The notes beneath the pieces are model-generated. The model was given only the letters and a program-made list of their open reading frames with translations. It was not told the origin of the DNA and searched no databases. A DNA stretch of 64,000 bases, taken from positions 134,330-198,329 of the forward strand of contig OY968788.1 in assembly GCA_963695435.1 (NCBI GenBank). The letters run 5' to 3'. This DNA is from an uncultured bacterium. GTDB taxonomy: Bacteria; Patescibacteriota; Kazan-3B-28. Made by a program: the position numbers and the translations under genes. Shown in pieces: positions 8,380 through 17,770 of this stretch. Each line of letters starts with the position of its first letter. Position 1 is the first letter of the stretch.

Positions 8380-9875
8380 TGCAGACAAGTTATAACCCAG
8401 ACGTATTATCCTGTCTTGCCAACCTAAGTAATGATGAAGTTTTCACTTCACCAGCACTAGTAAATCAGATTCTAGACCTGCTGCCGAGTGATTTGTGGCA
8501 GAATAAGGGGGCTAAGTTCCTTGACCCGGTTACTAAATCAGGTGTGTTCCTAAGGGAAATTGCCTCTCGTTTAATTGTTGGTCTGGAAAAAGAAATCCCA
8601 GATCTACAAAAACGCATAAACCACATTTATCAAAATCAGCTTTATGGCGTCTCTATCACCGAACTCACCTCGTTTTTATCTCGCCGAAGCGTTTATTGCT
8701 CAAAGACAGCCAAAGGCAAGTACTCAGTTTGTGATAATTTCAAAAATGAACAAGGTAATATCATCTTTGACCGCATAGAGCACGCATGGATGAATGGAAA
8801 ATGTAAGTACTGTAATGCGAGCCAATCACTACACGATAGAGGTGAACTATTAGAAACTCATGCATATCAATTTATTCATACAAATGAACCAAATAAAATA
8901 TTTAATAATATGAAATTTGATGTAATCGTAGGTAATCCACCCTATCAGTTAAATGATGCTGGTGCACAATCTAGCGCAAGCCCGATTTATCATTATTTTG
9001 TCGAGCAGGCTATTAAGCTGAAACCTCAATATCTTTCAATGATTATTCCTGCTCGCTGGTATTCGGGCGGAAAGGGGCTTGATGATTTTAGAAGTAAAAT
9101 GTTGAATGATGAGAGGATCTCTGAAATTCATGATTATCCAGAGACTTCTGATTGTTTTCCGGGATTGAATATTAGAGGTGGTGTTTGTTATTTTCTTTGG
9201 GATAAGGAGCATACCGGTAAGTGTAAAGTGACTACGCATAAATCTGGAACTGTTGGAAAAACAGTTGAACGATCTTTGTTGGAGAAAGGTAGAGATGTGT
9301 TCATTAGATACAATGAGGCAATAAACATTTTACGGAAAGTTCAAGCATCAGATGAAGATTCTTTTTCAAGCTACGTCAGCGTTCGCAAGCCTTTTGGTTT
9401 ATCAACTGACACTAAGGGTAGGCCAGAACATTTTAAAGATAGCGTAAAGCTCTATCAAAATGGTGGGGTTGGGTATATCAAAAGGTCAGAAGTGGCAAAA
9501 AATGCTGGGTGGATAGATAAAACCAAGGTAATAGTTCCATATTCTAGTCCCGGGGACGATTCGTATCCACATTTGATTTTAAGTAAACCGATTATTGCTG
9601 AGACTAACTCATGCAGTACGGAAACCTATTTAGTTGTGGGTCCTTTTGACTCGAAACTTACATGCGAAAACGTAAGCTCTTACCTTAAAACTAGATTTGT
9701 AAGATTCTTAATACTTCTTCTTAAGCCGACTCAGCACGTTACCCAGAAAACATATGGCTTTGTCCCTGTCCAAAATTTTAAAGAAAAATGGACGGATGAA
9801 AAATTGTATAAGAAGTATGGTATCACGCAAGACGAAGTCAAATTTATAGAGTCGCTGATTCGGCCGATGGATTAA
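8376..9875 (+). CDS. Eco57I/Type IIG-III-like N6-adenine DNA methyltransferase
   Basis: DEVFTSPALVNQILDLL, a degenerate motif I FLDPVTKSGVFLREI, YGVSITE, motif IV VIVGNPPYQ. Confidence 0.7.
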   Translation: MMQTSYNPDVLSCLANLSNDEVFTSPALVNQILDLLPSDLWQNKGAKFLDPVTKSGVFLREIASRLIVGLEKEIPDLQKRINHIYQNQLYGVSITELTSFLSRRSVYCSKTAKGKYSVCDNFKNEQGNIIFDRIEHAWMNGKCKYCNASQSLHDRGELLETHAYQFIHTNEPNKIFNNMKFDVIVGNPPYQLNDAGAQSSASPIYHYFVEQAIKLKPQYLSMIIPARWYSGGKGLDDFRSKMLNDERISEIHDYPETSDCFPGLNIRGGVCYFLWDKEHTGKCKVTTHKSGTVGKTVERSLLEKGRDVFIRYNEAINILRKVQASDEDSFSSYVSVRKPFGLSTDTKGRPEHFKDSVKLYQNGGVGYIKRSEVAKNAGWIDKTKVIVPYSSPGDDSYPHLILSKPIIAETNSCSTETYLVVGPFDSKLTCENVSSYLKTRFVRFLILLLKPTQHVTQKTYGFVPVQNFKEKWTDEKLYKKYGITQDEVKFIESLIRPMD

Positions 9876-9880
9876 TTAAA

Positions 9881-12385
9881 ATGAGTAAATTTTTTCCACA
9901 ACGGCCGGAGGCGAACCCAGCAATTTACGCCTACGAAGACACAAACCCACAATACGAGGGTTTATTAAAAGTTGGTTTTACCACTACGGATGCTCGAGCT
10001 CGAGTGGCACAACAATACCCAACACGACGCCCAGGGGTATTACCTTACAAGATAGTTTTTGAAGAATCGGCTATGCGCAATGATGGCACTATTTTAACTG
10101 ACCATGATGTGCATCGTTATTTGCGCAAAAAAGGTATCGCAAACCCCAAAGGAGAATGGTTTAAGTGCAGTATAAAGGAAATCACTGCAGCTGTATTGGC
10201 TATTAAGAGTGGCGTTAAGAACGAAGATGATCGGACTCTTAGTTTTAGCATGCGGCCAGAGCAAGAAGAAGCAGTAGAGAAAACTATTTCGTATTTTAAG
10301 AGCTTTAGTAAAGAGAACAAGGGTAAAACTCCACACTTTCTTTGGAATGCAAAAATGCGTTTTGGGAAAACATTCGCTACATATCAGTTGGCAAAAAAAA
10401 TGGGATGGAAAAAAATACTAGTACTTACATTTAAGCCGGCAGTGCAGAGTGCTTGGGATGAGGATCTTCAAACACACATCGATTTTAAGGGTTGGCAATT
10501 TATTGCACCAAATGGTTTAACATTTGGGAGAGCTAATAAGAAAAATCCTTTTGTGTGCTTTGGTTCATTTCAGGATTATTTGGGGAAAAATACATCAACA
10601 GGCGGGATTAAAACGAAGAATGAATGGGTGCATGCTACCAATTGGGATTGTGTGGTATTTGATGAATATCATTACGGAGCTTGGCGAGAGAATGCAAAGG
10701 ATTTATTTGAAGCAGAGGGGGAAAGAGAGTTGGAATTTGGAGAGGGGGAGGGTATTGAGTATTTTGATGAAGGTGCAATGCCGATCACTACTAACGCGTA
10801 TCTGTATTTGTCTGGTACGCCATTTAGAGCTATTGCGTCTGGTGAGTTTATTGAAGAACAAATTTTCAACTGGACCTATTCGGATGAGCAGCGGGCAAAA
10901 GAGAATTGGAAGGGTGAGCCAAACCCGTATGCTTCTTTGCCAAGAATGGTGATGCTGACTTATCAACTGCCTGATTCTATCCGTGAAGTTGCCATGAAGG
11001 GGGAATTTAATGAGTTTGATTTAAACCTCTTTTTTAGTGCGGAGGGACTAGGAAGGAATGCAAAATTTAAATATGAAGATGAGGTTCAAAAATGGTTGGA
11101 CTTGATTCGAGGCTCTTTTTCCGAAACAACGATAGATAATTTAAAATTGGGGGCAAAAAAACCACCATTACCTTTCTCACACGCACCTTTACTAAATGTT
11201 CTATCACATACATTTTGGTTCTTGCCAAGTGTTGCTTCTTGCTATGCGATGAGAAATTTACTTGAACAAAGGCAAAATAAGTTTTATCACAACTACAAGG
11301 TGATTGTTGCGGCTGGGACTAGCGCGGGAATTGGTGTAGCGGCGCTCCCGCCAGTACAGCAGGCAATGGAAGATCCTCTAAGCTCAAAAACCATAACTCT
11401 ATCTTGTGGCAAACTTACAACAGGGGTGTCGGTCAAGCCATGGACAGGGATTTTTATGCTACGTAATTCGTCAAGTCCTGAAACTTATTTTCAAGCGGCT
11501 TTTCGTGTACAAACGCCTTGGACCGTGAATAACCCTGATAGTAAATCGCCCAATAAAGAAGAGGTTATCAAACAAGAGTGCTATGTTTTTGACTTTGCGC
11601 CGAACCGAGCTCTCAGACAAATTGCCGACTACGGTTGCCGTCTGAATGTAAATGAGTCTAACCCTGAAAAGAAAATTGATGAATTTATCCATTTTTTACC
11701 TGTGCTTGCTTATGACGGTAGTGCCATGAAGCAAATTGATGCGGCAGGTATCTTGGATATGGCAATGAGCGGCACTACCGCCACCTTGCTTGCAAGAAGG
11801 TGGGAAAGTGCGCTACTGGTCAATGTCGATAACAACACCTTGCAGCGTTTGATGAATAACCAAGACGCGATGGATGCCTTAATGAGTATTGAAGGTTTCC
11901 GTAGTTTAAATAAAGACATTGAGACTATTATTAATAAATCGGAAGCTGTACAAAAAATAAAGAAAGAGGCAAACGATAAAGAGTTAACTCCCAAGAAAGA
12001 GAAAGAGTTGAGCAAAGAGGAGAAAGAGTACAAAAGTATAAGAAAACAGATTCAGGAAAAACTTATAAAATTTGCTACTCGCATTCCGGTATTTATGTAT
12101 CTAACTGATTATCGCGAGAGAAGCTTGAAGGATGTTATTACCAAGCTTGAACCAGGTTTATTTAAAAAAGTAACAGGTCTTTCTGTTAAAGATTTTGAAC
12201 TATTGGTTAGCCTTGGTGTTTTTAATAGCGCACTCATGAATGATGCGGTGTATAAGTTTAAGAGATATGAGGACGCAAGTCTAGCGTATACGGGTATTAA
12301 TAAGCATGAGGGTGAGGATATTGGTCTTTATGACACAGTTATCAGTAACAAAGAATATAGGCAGACATTTGAAAATCATGAATAA
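9881..12385 (+). CDS. T5orf172 (GIY-YIG-like) domain fused to an SF2/ResIII-type helicase; candidate restriction (Res-like) subunit
   Basis: N-terminus IYAYEDT..EGLLKVGFTTTDARARV..GEWFKCSIKEI (T5orf172 pattern). Helicase motif I MRFGKTF, motif II VVFDEYHYG, motif III LSGTPFR, motif VI QAAFRVQTP. K/E-rich C-terminus. Confidence 0.7.
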   Translation: MSKFFPQRPEANPAIYAYEDTNPQYEGLLKVGFTTTDARARVAQQYPTRRPGVLPYKIVFEESAMRNDGTILTDHDVHRYLRKKGIANPKGEWFKCSIKEITAAVLAIKSGVKNEDDRTLSFSMRPEQEEAVEKTISYFKSFSKENKGKTPHFLWNAKMRFGKTFATYQLAKKMGWKKILVLTFKPAVQSAWDEDLQTHIDFKGWQFIAPNGLTFGRANKKNPFVCFGSFQDYLGKNTSTGGIKTKNEWVHATNWDCVVFDEYHYGAWRENAKDLFEAEGERELEFGEGEGIEYFDEGAMPITTNAYLYLSGTPFRAIASGEFIEEQIFNWTYSDEQRAKENWKGEPNPYASLPRMVMLTYQLPDSIREVAMKGEFNEFDLNLFFSAEGLGRNAKFKYEDEVQKWLDLIRGSFSETTIDNLKLGAKKPPLPFSHAPLLNVLSHTFWFLPSVASCYAMRNLLEQRQNKFYHNYKVIVAAGTSAGIGVAALPPVQQAMEDPLSSKTITLSCGKLTTGVSVKPWTGIFMLRNSSSPETYFQAAFRVQTPWTVNNPDSKSPNKEEVIKQECYVFDFAPNRALRQIADYGCRLNVNESNPEKKIDEFIHFLPVLAYDGSAMKQIDAAGILDMAMSGTTATLLARRWESALLVNVDNNTLQRLMNNQDAMDALMSIEGFRSLNKDIETIINKSEAVQKIKKEANDKELTPKKEKELSKEEKEYKSIRKQIQEKLIKFATRIPVFMYLTDYRERSLKDVITKLEPGLFKKVTGLSVKDFELLVSLGVFNSALMNDAVYKFKRYEDASLAYTGINKHEGEDIGLYDTVISNKEYRQTFENHE

Positions 12386-12812
12386 ATTGAGACCGAATTT
12401 GCAGGCAGAGTTATTTAAATATCCTTGGGATGAGGTAGAGGCATGGGGCTGTAGTCGAGACCAGGCCAAATTGTTGTTCGATCAGGGCTTGGCATCATTT
12501 AACCCGGCCGAAAAAGAAGCATTCGAAGGATACGAGGTAAGAGAGTTAGTTTTTCTTAAGACTTTGTATTTCGATTCTGGTTTGCCCAAGGAGAATGTTT
12601 TAGCAATGTTGGCAGGTCTAGAAAAGCCATATAGTTATTCTTTTGATGAAATATATTGGAATTTTTATCGCAAGGAATGGAACTATCTTCCAGCACCAGA
12701 ACAACCAGAGATTGAAGAATTAGTTGATCAGCTTGTAGAGGACGAAGATTTTAGCCGCTTGAAGTCGGTAAAAGAATCCATCGAAGTGATATTAAAAGAA
12801 AATGAATCCTAA
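12378..12812 (+). CDS. hypothetical protein (144 aa), start overlaps helicase stop (ATGAATAA)
   Basis: ORF translationally coupled to the upstream gene. No recognisable motif. Confidence 0.45.
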   Translation: MNKLRPNLQAELFKYPWDEVEAWGCSRDQAKLLFDQGLASFNPAEKEAFEGYEVRELVFLKTLYFDSGLPKENVLAMLAGLEKPYSYSFDEIYWNFYRKEWNYLPAPEQPEIEELVDQLVEDEDFSRLKSVKESIEVILKENES

Positions 12813-12839
12813 ATATGCGGGGAAAATTAGAAGGAAAAT

Positions 12840-13562
12840 ATGGAAGATTTAAGATATATCCAAAGTGAAGAAAAGTTTTTAAACTATTCTTTTGATGTAT
12901 TGAAAAAATATTTCTGCGATGATCGAAAAAAATTTGACTTGTTTTACAACAACATTTTGGGAAAAAAGAAAAATAAATTCCTTAAAATTGCCTCATTTTA
13001 TAAGTTTTTCGTCGTTGATGGTAGATTCATTGTCGAAAATAATAAACCCGATGATTACATAGATTACTTGGATCACACATATAAATATATTGCTATATTT
13101 TCCTTTATCGAAGACTTATATACGACAGAAGAATATGAAGATTTTTATTCATGGTTAAGGAATAAGAAAACAAACATTAAACTTCCTATCAAAAACACGG
13201 ATGCACTAGACGCATTGCACAAACAATATTTAGATATGCACGGTTCAACTCAAAAGGCAGTCAAGTTTTTTGAGTCATTAGATGATGGAACGAAAAAATA
13301 CATAAGCGATAATTTTAAGATCGGGAAAAATGAAATGACGCAACCACTGCTTTTTGCTCAGTTGGCGGGGTTTCTTTATCAAATTAGAAGTGATTTTATT
13401 CACAAATCGAGAATCATCGCTCAATTTAATGAAGGTACTACTATGCACACAGTTAGAAATAAACTAGTTACAAATGATTTAGATTTTGAAAAAATTAAGA
13501 CGATTTTTGAAGAAGGATTTTTATTATTCTTTGGTTACAAAAAAACTAGGGGTTTTTCTTGA
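12840..13562 (+). CDS. hypothetical protein, very AT-rich; possible HEPN-like (Rx4H) Abi-type protein
   Basis: GC content is markedly lower than in flanking genes. C-terminal IRSDFIHKSR contains an R-x4-H motif. Confidence 0.4.
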   Translation: MEDLRYIQSEEKFLNYSFDVLKKYFCDDRKKFDLFYNNILGKKKNKFLKIASFYKFFVVDGRFIVENNKPDDYIDYLDHTYKYIAIFSFIEDLYTTEEYEDFYSWLRNKKTNIKLPIKNTDALDALHKQYLDMHGSTQKAVKFFESLDDGTKKYISDNFKIGKNEMTQPLLFAQLAGFLYQIRSDFIHKSRIIAQFNEGTTMHTVRNKLVTNDLDFEKIKTIFEEGFLLFFGYKKTRGFS

Positions 13563-13595
13563 TAGAGAAGGGGTTTTGTTGTAGGGTAGTGAGGT

Positions 13596-14882
13596 ATGAA
13601 AGTTACGAAATCACAGGGAGAGAAGAATAAGGTTAGATTATCCATTGCGCTGGAGGCGTCTGAATGGAACGCCATTTTGGATAAGGCGAGTGGGAAGGTG
13701 AGTGAGGGGTTGAAGGTGGATGGGTTTAGGGAGGGGAAGGCGCCGAGGGATATTGTGATTGCGAAGGCGGGCGAAGCCCGCGTGATTAGTGAAGCGATTG
13801 AGTTGGCGGTGGAGCAGTATTATCCAATGGCGGTGAAGGAAGAGAATTTGAAGCCCATTGCGTTCCCGAAGATTTCTGTAGAAAAAGGTAATTTGACTGA
13901 GCCGTTGGAGTTTACGGCGGAAGTTGCCATATTGCCGGAAGTTGTTTTGGGAGATTATTCGAAAATCAAATTGACGAAGAAGACAGACGAAGTCGGTGAT
14001 GCGGATGTGGAGGCCGTTTTGAAGAATTTGCAGAAGAAGGCGGTGGAGTTTCAGGAAGTGGAGCGCGTAGCGCAATTGGGAGATTGGGCGGAAATTGATT
14101 TTGAAGGATTTGTTGAAGGTAAGCCATTTGAAGGCGGTGCATCCAAGAAGCATCCGTTGATTTTGGGTGATAAAGTTTTTATCCCCGGTTTTGAAGAAGG
14201 ATTGGTTGGTTTGGGGAAGGGCGAGGAAAAAGAAATCGAAGTGACTTTCCCGAGTGATTATCACAACAAAGATTTAGCGGGGAAGTCAGCGAAATTTAAG
14301 GTGAAGATGAATTTGGTGAAGGCGGTAAATTATCCTGAAATAAATGATGAGTTTGCGAAGAAGCATGCGGGGCAGGAGAGTTTGGAAGTTTTGAAGACGG
14401 ACATCAAAAAATATTTGGAAGAGGAGTCGGCGAAAAAAGCGGAGGAAACTTTGCGGGAAAATGCGTTGCTGGAATTAGTAAAAGTCGCGAAGATTGATTT
14501 GCCTGAAGAGATGATTGAGCAGGAATTGGATAGTATGGTGCATGACCTCAAACATCAGGCGGAACATAGTGGCATGAGTTTTGAAGATTATTTGAAAAAA
14601 GCGGGAGTGAATGAAGCTGGGCTGAAAGCCCAATGGCGGGAACAGGCGGAAAGTCGGGTGCGGATTGGTTTGGCGCTGGAAGCTTTTCGCGATAAAGAAG
14701 GAATTTCGGCTGACGATTCGGATGTTGATGCGGAAATAAAGAAACTGAAAGTGATGTACCCGCAGGACGGGGAGAACATCGATAAAGAATACGGCAAAGG
14801 TTCGAATGGACGCAGTAAGTTGCAGAGAATGTTGGGAAGTCGGAAAGCCATCGACAAATTAGCCGAACTCTTCACGAAATAG
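13596..14882 (+). CDS. tig: trigger factor
   Basis: GFREGKAP, FIPGFEEGLVGLGKGEEKEIEVTFPSDYH (PPIase/FKBP-like segment), overall three-domain layout. Confidence 0.9.
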   Translation: MKVTKSQGEKNKVRLSIALEASEWNAILDKASGKVSEGLKVDGFREGKAPRDIVIAKAGEARVISEAIELAVEQYYPMAVKEENLKPIAFPKISVEKGNLTEPLEFTAEVAILPEVVLGDYSKIKLTKKTDEVGDADVEAVLKNLQKKAVEFQEVERVAQLGDWAEIDFEGFVEGKPFEGGASKKHPLILGDKVFIPGFEEGLVGLGKGEEKEIEVTFPSDYHNKDLAGKSAKFKVKMNLVKAVNYPEINDEFAKKHAGQESLEVLKTDIKKYLEEESAKKAEETLRENALLELVKVAKIDLPEEMIEQELDSMVHDLKHQAEHSGMSFEDYLKKAGVNEAGLKAQWREQAESRVRIGLALEAFRDKEGISADDSDVDAEIKKLKVMYPQDGENIDKEYGKGSNGRSKLQRMLGSRKAIDKLAELFTK

Positions 14883-14936
14883 GGTAGAGGAGCAAGCAAA
14901 AAGGAACTTTTGTTTTTCTATTTGTTTTATCTTTGC

Positions 14937-14975
14937 ACAATTAGCTGAACGGCCGTTCAGCTAATTGTGAGGGTA
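14937..14975. repeat. 35-bp palindromic element caattagctgaacggccgttcagctaattgtg (copy 1)
   Basis: Perfect palindrome ttagctgaacggccgttcagctaa. A second copy lies at 15510-15545. Confidence 0.8.
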
Positions 14976-15045
14976 TTTTTTAAATATTTGTGTGTTTTTT
15001 GATATTTTTCAATATTTTTGAAGTAATTTGGGGGTATGATAAAAG

Positions 15046-15517
15046 GGTGAAGAACAGTCGGGGGGCGTACAGACTGATGAAAGCATTGTTCCGTTTGATG
15101 GACGGCAATGGTGTAGTCCGACTCAATAAACATTGGCAAGAAAAACTTCGCGACCCTCGCCAACATGGCGATGGTCGCTCGTTTAAATATTTGCGTGATG
15201 CGGAATATCTTATTGAGCTGGGGCCGGATAAATATGAAGTGACGGATTTGGCAAAAATTAACTTATTGAAAGAAATTGTTAAGACGCGTAAGAGGGACGG
15301 GAAGTTGAGGCTTGTGATTTTTGATATTCCTGAAAGATTGAAAGCGAATAGAAATTTTTTCCGTCGGCATTTGGTGGATATGGAATTTCAGATGAGACAG
15401 CAAAGTGTATGGGTATCGCCATATCCATGCGAGGACTTAGTTGCTTTGGCTGTGAAATATCACGGTTTGCAGAAATATGTCGAACTAATAGTCGGCAAAG
15501 TAGGCACAATTAGCTAA
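15046..15517 (+). CDS. winged-helix regulator with C-terminal Cas2-like (PaaX-like) domain
   Basis: C-terminal LRLVIFDIPERLKANRNFFRRHLVDMEFQMRQQSVWVS follows the Cas2/PaaX_C pattern (LVxYDI...R..FRR.L...GF...Q.SVW). Start is ambiguous (GTG at 15046 or ATG at 15077). Confidence 0.55.
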
Positions 15518-15545
15518 ACGGCCGTTCAGCTAATTGTGTAGGGGA
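15510..15545. repeat. 35-bp palindromic element copy 2 (overlaps stop codon of the preceding gene)
   Basis: caattagctaaacggccgttcagctaattgtg. Confidence 0.8.
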
Positions 15546-15637
15546 TTTGAGGGGATGGAGCTTTAGTTTTTCTTGACTGGGAGTGGGTTTTTTGGTATAT
15601 AAAGAGTGGCAACTTGCCAATTAGGAGGTGATTAAAG

Positions 15638-16162
15638 GTGCGTCCGATAATCATCATTATTATTGTCTTGCTGACTCTTACTCTCGGCTTTTTATCTGTT
15701 CGGGCTCAAGCCGAAGAGAAGCATGTCGTGAAAGGACCAGTAAAACACATCAAAGGCGACACTATGGTTTTGGGTAACAAAGCGAAGCCGTTTGAAAAAG
15801 TTCCCCCTAAAGAGCAAGCGGCAAACCCCAATACTTCTTTGCCACAGTCTTCGAACAATGGCAGCCATAGCCAGACAAACTCGCCCCCTCGGGAACGCGC
15901 GTGGTTTCCACATCCATGTCGTTTGACCAACTTTATGGGTTGGCTGTTCTGGATAGGGCTTGTCCTGTTAGTTTTAGCCGGAGTGACTGCTTTGGGAATG
16001 GGCGGTGGTTCGGGAGGTGTTTTGGCCGGTATTGGATTGGTTACTCTTATACTTTGGCTAGTGATTCTTTTGCTCCCGATATTAATCGGCATTGTAATCG
16101 TTATTGTCGTCCTTGGCAGTTTGGGGAAACCTGATATTATCTGCTTCTGTTTTCGCAGATAG
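15638..16162 (+). CDS. hypothetical membrane protein (poly-Ile signal/TM, Ser/Pro-rich linker, C-terminal TM helices)
   Basis: aggagg RBS 7 nt upstream of a GTG start. The antisense ORF 15706..16350 is judged spurious. Confidence 0.55.
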   Translation: MRPIIIIIIVLLTLTLGFLSVRAQAEEKHVVKGPVKHIKGDTMVLGNKAKPFEKVPPKEQAANPNTSLPQSSNNGSHSQTNSPPRERAWFPHPCRLTNFMGWLFWIGLVLLVLAGVTALGMGGGSGGVLAGIGLVTLILWLVILLLPILIGIVIVIVVLGSLGKPDIICFCFRR

Positions 16163-16199
16163 CAGGAGGAGGTGCATCGTGAGAGTTGGCTATGTTCTT

Positions 16200-16232
16200 T
16201 GACCGGTCGCGCTTGATGGCGACCGGTTTTTA
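16200..16232 (+). terminator. rho-independent terminator
   Basis: gaccggtcgcgcttgatggcgaccggttttta. Confidence 0.7.
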
Positions 16233-16321
16233 TTTTGTCTGATATAATAGGGGGGCATAACCCTTCTTCGCTCTGACGAGCTACGCAGGGCTTCGCAGAT
16301 ATAAGATTAACTTTTACTGAC

Positions 16322-16921
16322 ATGAGTTTGATTCCGATGGTGATAGACAAGTCCCCGATGGGCGAGCGGGCGTACGATATTTACTCCCGACTTTTGAAAG
16401 ACAGGATTATTTTTATCGGGGGGCCGATTGATGATGAACTGGCGAATTCGGTAATTGCCCAGCTTTTGTTTTTGGAGAGTGAAGATTCGAAGAAAGATAT
16501 TGCGTTGTATATCAACAGCCCCGGTGGTTCGGTAAGTGATGGGATGGCGATTTACGACACGATGCAACACATCAAGCCTGACATCTCAACGATTTGTGTC
16601 GGGATGGCGGCATCAATGGGCGCGATTTTGCTGGCGGGCGGAGCGAAGGGAAAAAGATTTGCTTTGCCGAATTCCCGCGTGATGATTCATCAAGTTTTGG
16701 GTGGAGCGCAGGGACAGGCGAGTGATATCGAAATTCACGCCAAAGAAATTCTGAAATGGAAGAGTAAATTGAATGACCTTTTGGCTCGTCATAGCGGACA
16801 GAAATTGGATAGGATTGAAAAAGATACTGACCGTGACTTCTTTATGGAAGCGCCGGAAGCGAAGGAATACGGGATTATCGACGAGGTATTAGAGAAGAGG
16901 ATTCCTGCGGGAGTTAAATAA
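16322..16921 (+). CDS. clpP: ATP-dependent Clp protease proteolytic subunit
   Basis: [26 protein letters not shown] (catalytic Ser), MIHQ. Extended -10 tgatataat at 16242-16250. Confidence 0.92.
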   Translation: MSLIPMVIDKSPMGERAYDIYSRLLKDRIIFIGGPIDDELANSVIAQLLFLESEDSKKDIALYINSPGGSVSDGMAIYDTMQHIKPDISTICVGMAASMGAILLAGGAKGKRFALPNSRVMIHQVLGGAQGQASDIEIHAKEILKWKSKLNDLLARHSGQKLDRIEKDTDRDFFMEAPEAKEYGIIDEVLEKRIPAGVK

Positions 16922-16936
16922 TAATTTTAGAAACTA

Positions 16937-16982
16937 AAAAGAGCTTGGACTGTCTAGGATGACAGCCAAGCTCTTTAGTTCG
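16937..16982. terminator. bidirectional intrinsic terminator
   Basis: aaagagcttggactgtctaggatgacagccaagctcttt lies between convergent genes. Confidence 0.65.
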
Positions 16983-16986
16983 GGGT

Positions 16987-17673
16987 TCACTTGCGCTTGG
17001 GAGAGCGCGGTTTGGGAGATTTCTTGGATGTCTTCTTCTGATGTTTCTTTATCCAAGTCCTTGCCCACTTGATGGTGTCCTTGTCGATGCGTAGATCGTC
17101 ATTGGGTGGGAGTTCTAGAGCCTTGATGATGTCTGGAGCAACGACCCAACCGAAGTTGTCACAGATTGGGCAGACATACTTTTCGGAACTGCATTCGTAT
17201 CCACGGTTGCGGTTGGGGCAAGGGACAATATCGTTGCCATAGGGATTCCCTTCTGCCCAAATGAATTCCTCCATCTTCTTAATGACCCTATTCAGTAGTT
17301 GGTGTTTGTAGAAGCGATAGTACATAGAGTCTACAGAAGAACGGAAATCATAGTGATCCCTTATCCGCTTGGGATCTTTCAGTAACGCTAACACATCCAT
17401 GTAACGCTTGTGGGGGGATTCCATCGAAAAGTTTTCACTTTTCGGATTGAGTTGTTGAAATAAGTAATCTTGGCCGAGATCGTGAATTGCATCTAGAGTG
17501 AAGGATGCTTCAATCAACTTATAGATGTCGGAACAATTGTCGACAGAGGTGTTTCTGCAATACTCACATAAACTCTTTACATAGAGGTATGTTTGACCAC
17601 AGAGCTTTACCCAGTCGATATAGTTCTTGAATCTATCAATAAATTTTTCAAGGTCAGATACCATTTGAATCAC
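16987..17673 (-). CDS. hypothetical protein with C-terminal Cys cluster and Lys-rich tail
   Basis: CPNRNRGYECSSEKYVCPICDN is zinc-ribbon-like. KKHQKKTSKKSPKPRSPKRK tail. Confidence 0.5.
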   Translation of the reverse strand: MIQMVSDLEKFIDRFKNYIDWVKLCGQTYLYVKSLCEYCRNTSVDNCSDIYKLIEASFTLDAIHDLGQDYLFQQLNPKSENFSMESPHKRYMDVLALLKDPKRIRDHYDFRSSVDSMYYRFYKHQLLNRVIKKMEEFIWAEGNPYGNDIVPCPNRNRGYECSSEKYVCPICDNFGWVVAPDIIKALELPPNDDLRIDKDTIKWARTWIKKHQKKTSKKSPKPRSPKRK

Positions 17674-17770
17674 CTCCTTTGGTTTGGTATCCGTGAGAAT
17701 AGCTTAGTCTAGGGGCGGGGGTGGGGAGATGTCAAGGAAGCCCGTTTTTGGTCTGGTGTAAAATGGGTTT

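Noticed and set aside
13638-14264. 208-aa ORF on - strand inside tig
   Set aside because: Antisense to trigger factor. No RBS or domain. Typical shadow ORF.
15706-16350. 214-aa ORF on - strand
   Set aside because: Overlaps the + strand membrane-protein gene, which has a strong aggagg RBS, and overlaps the clpP promoter/terminator region. Composition looks non-coding.
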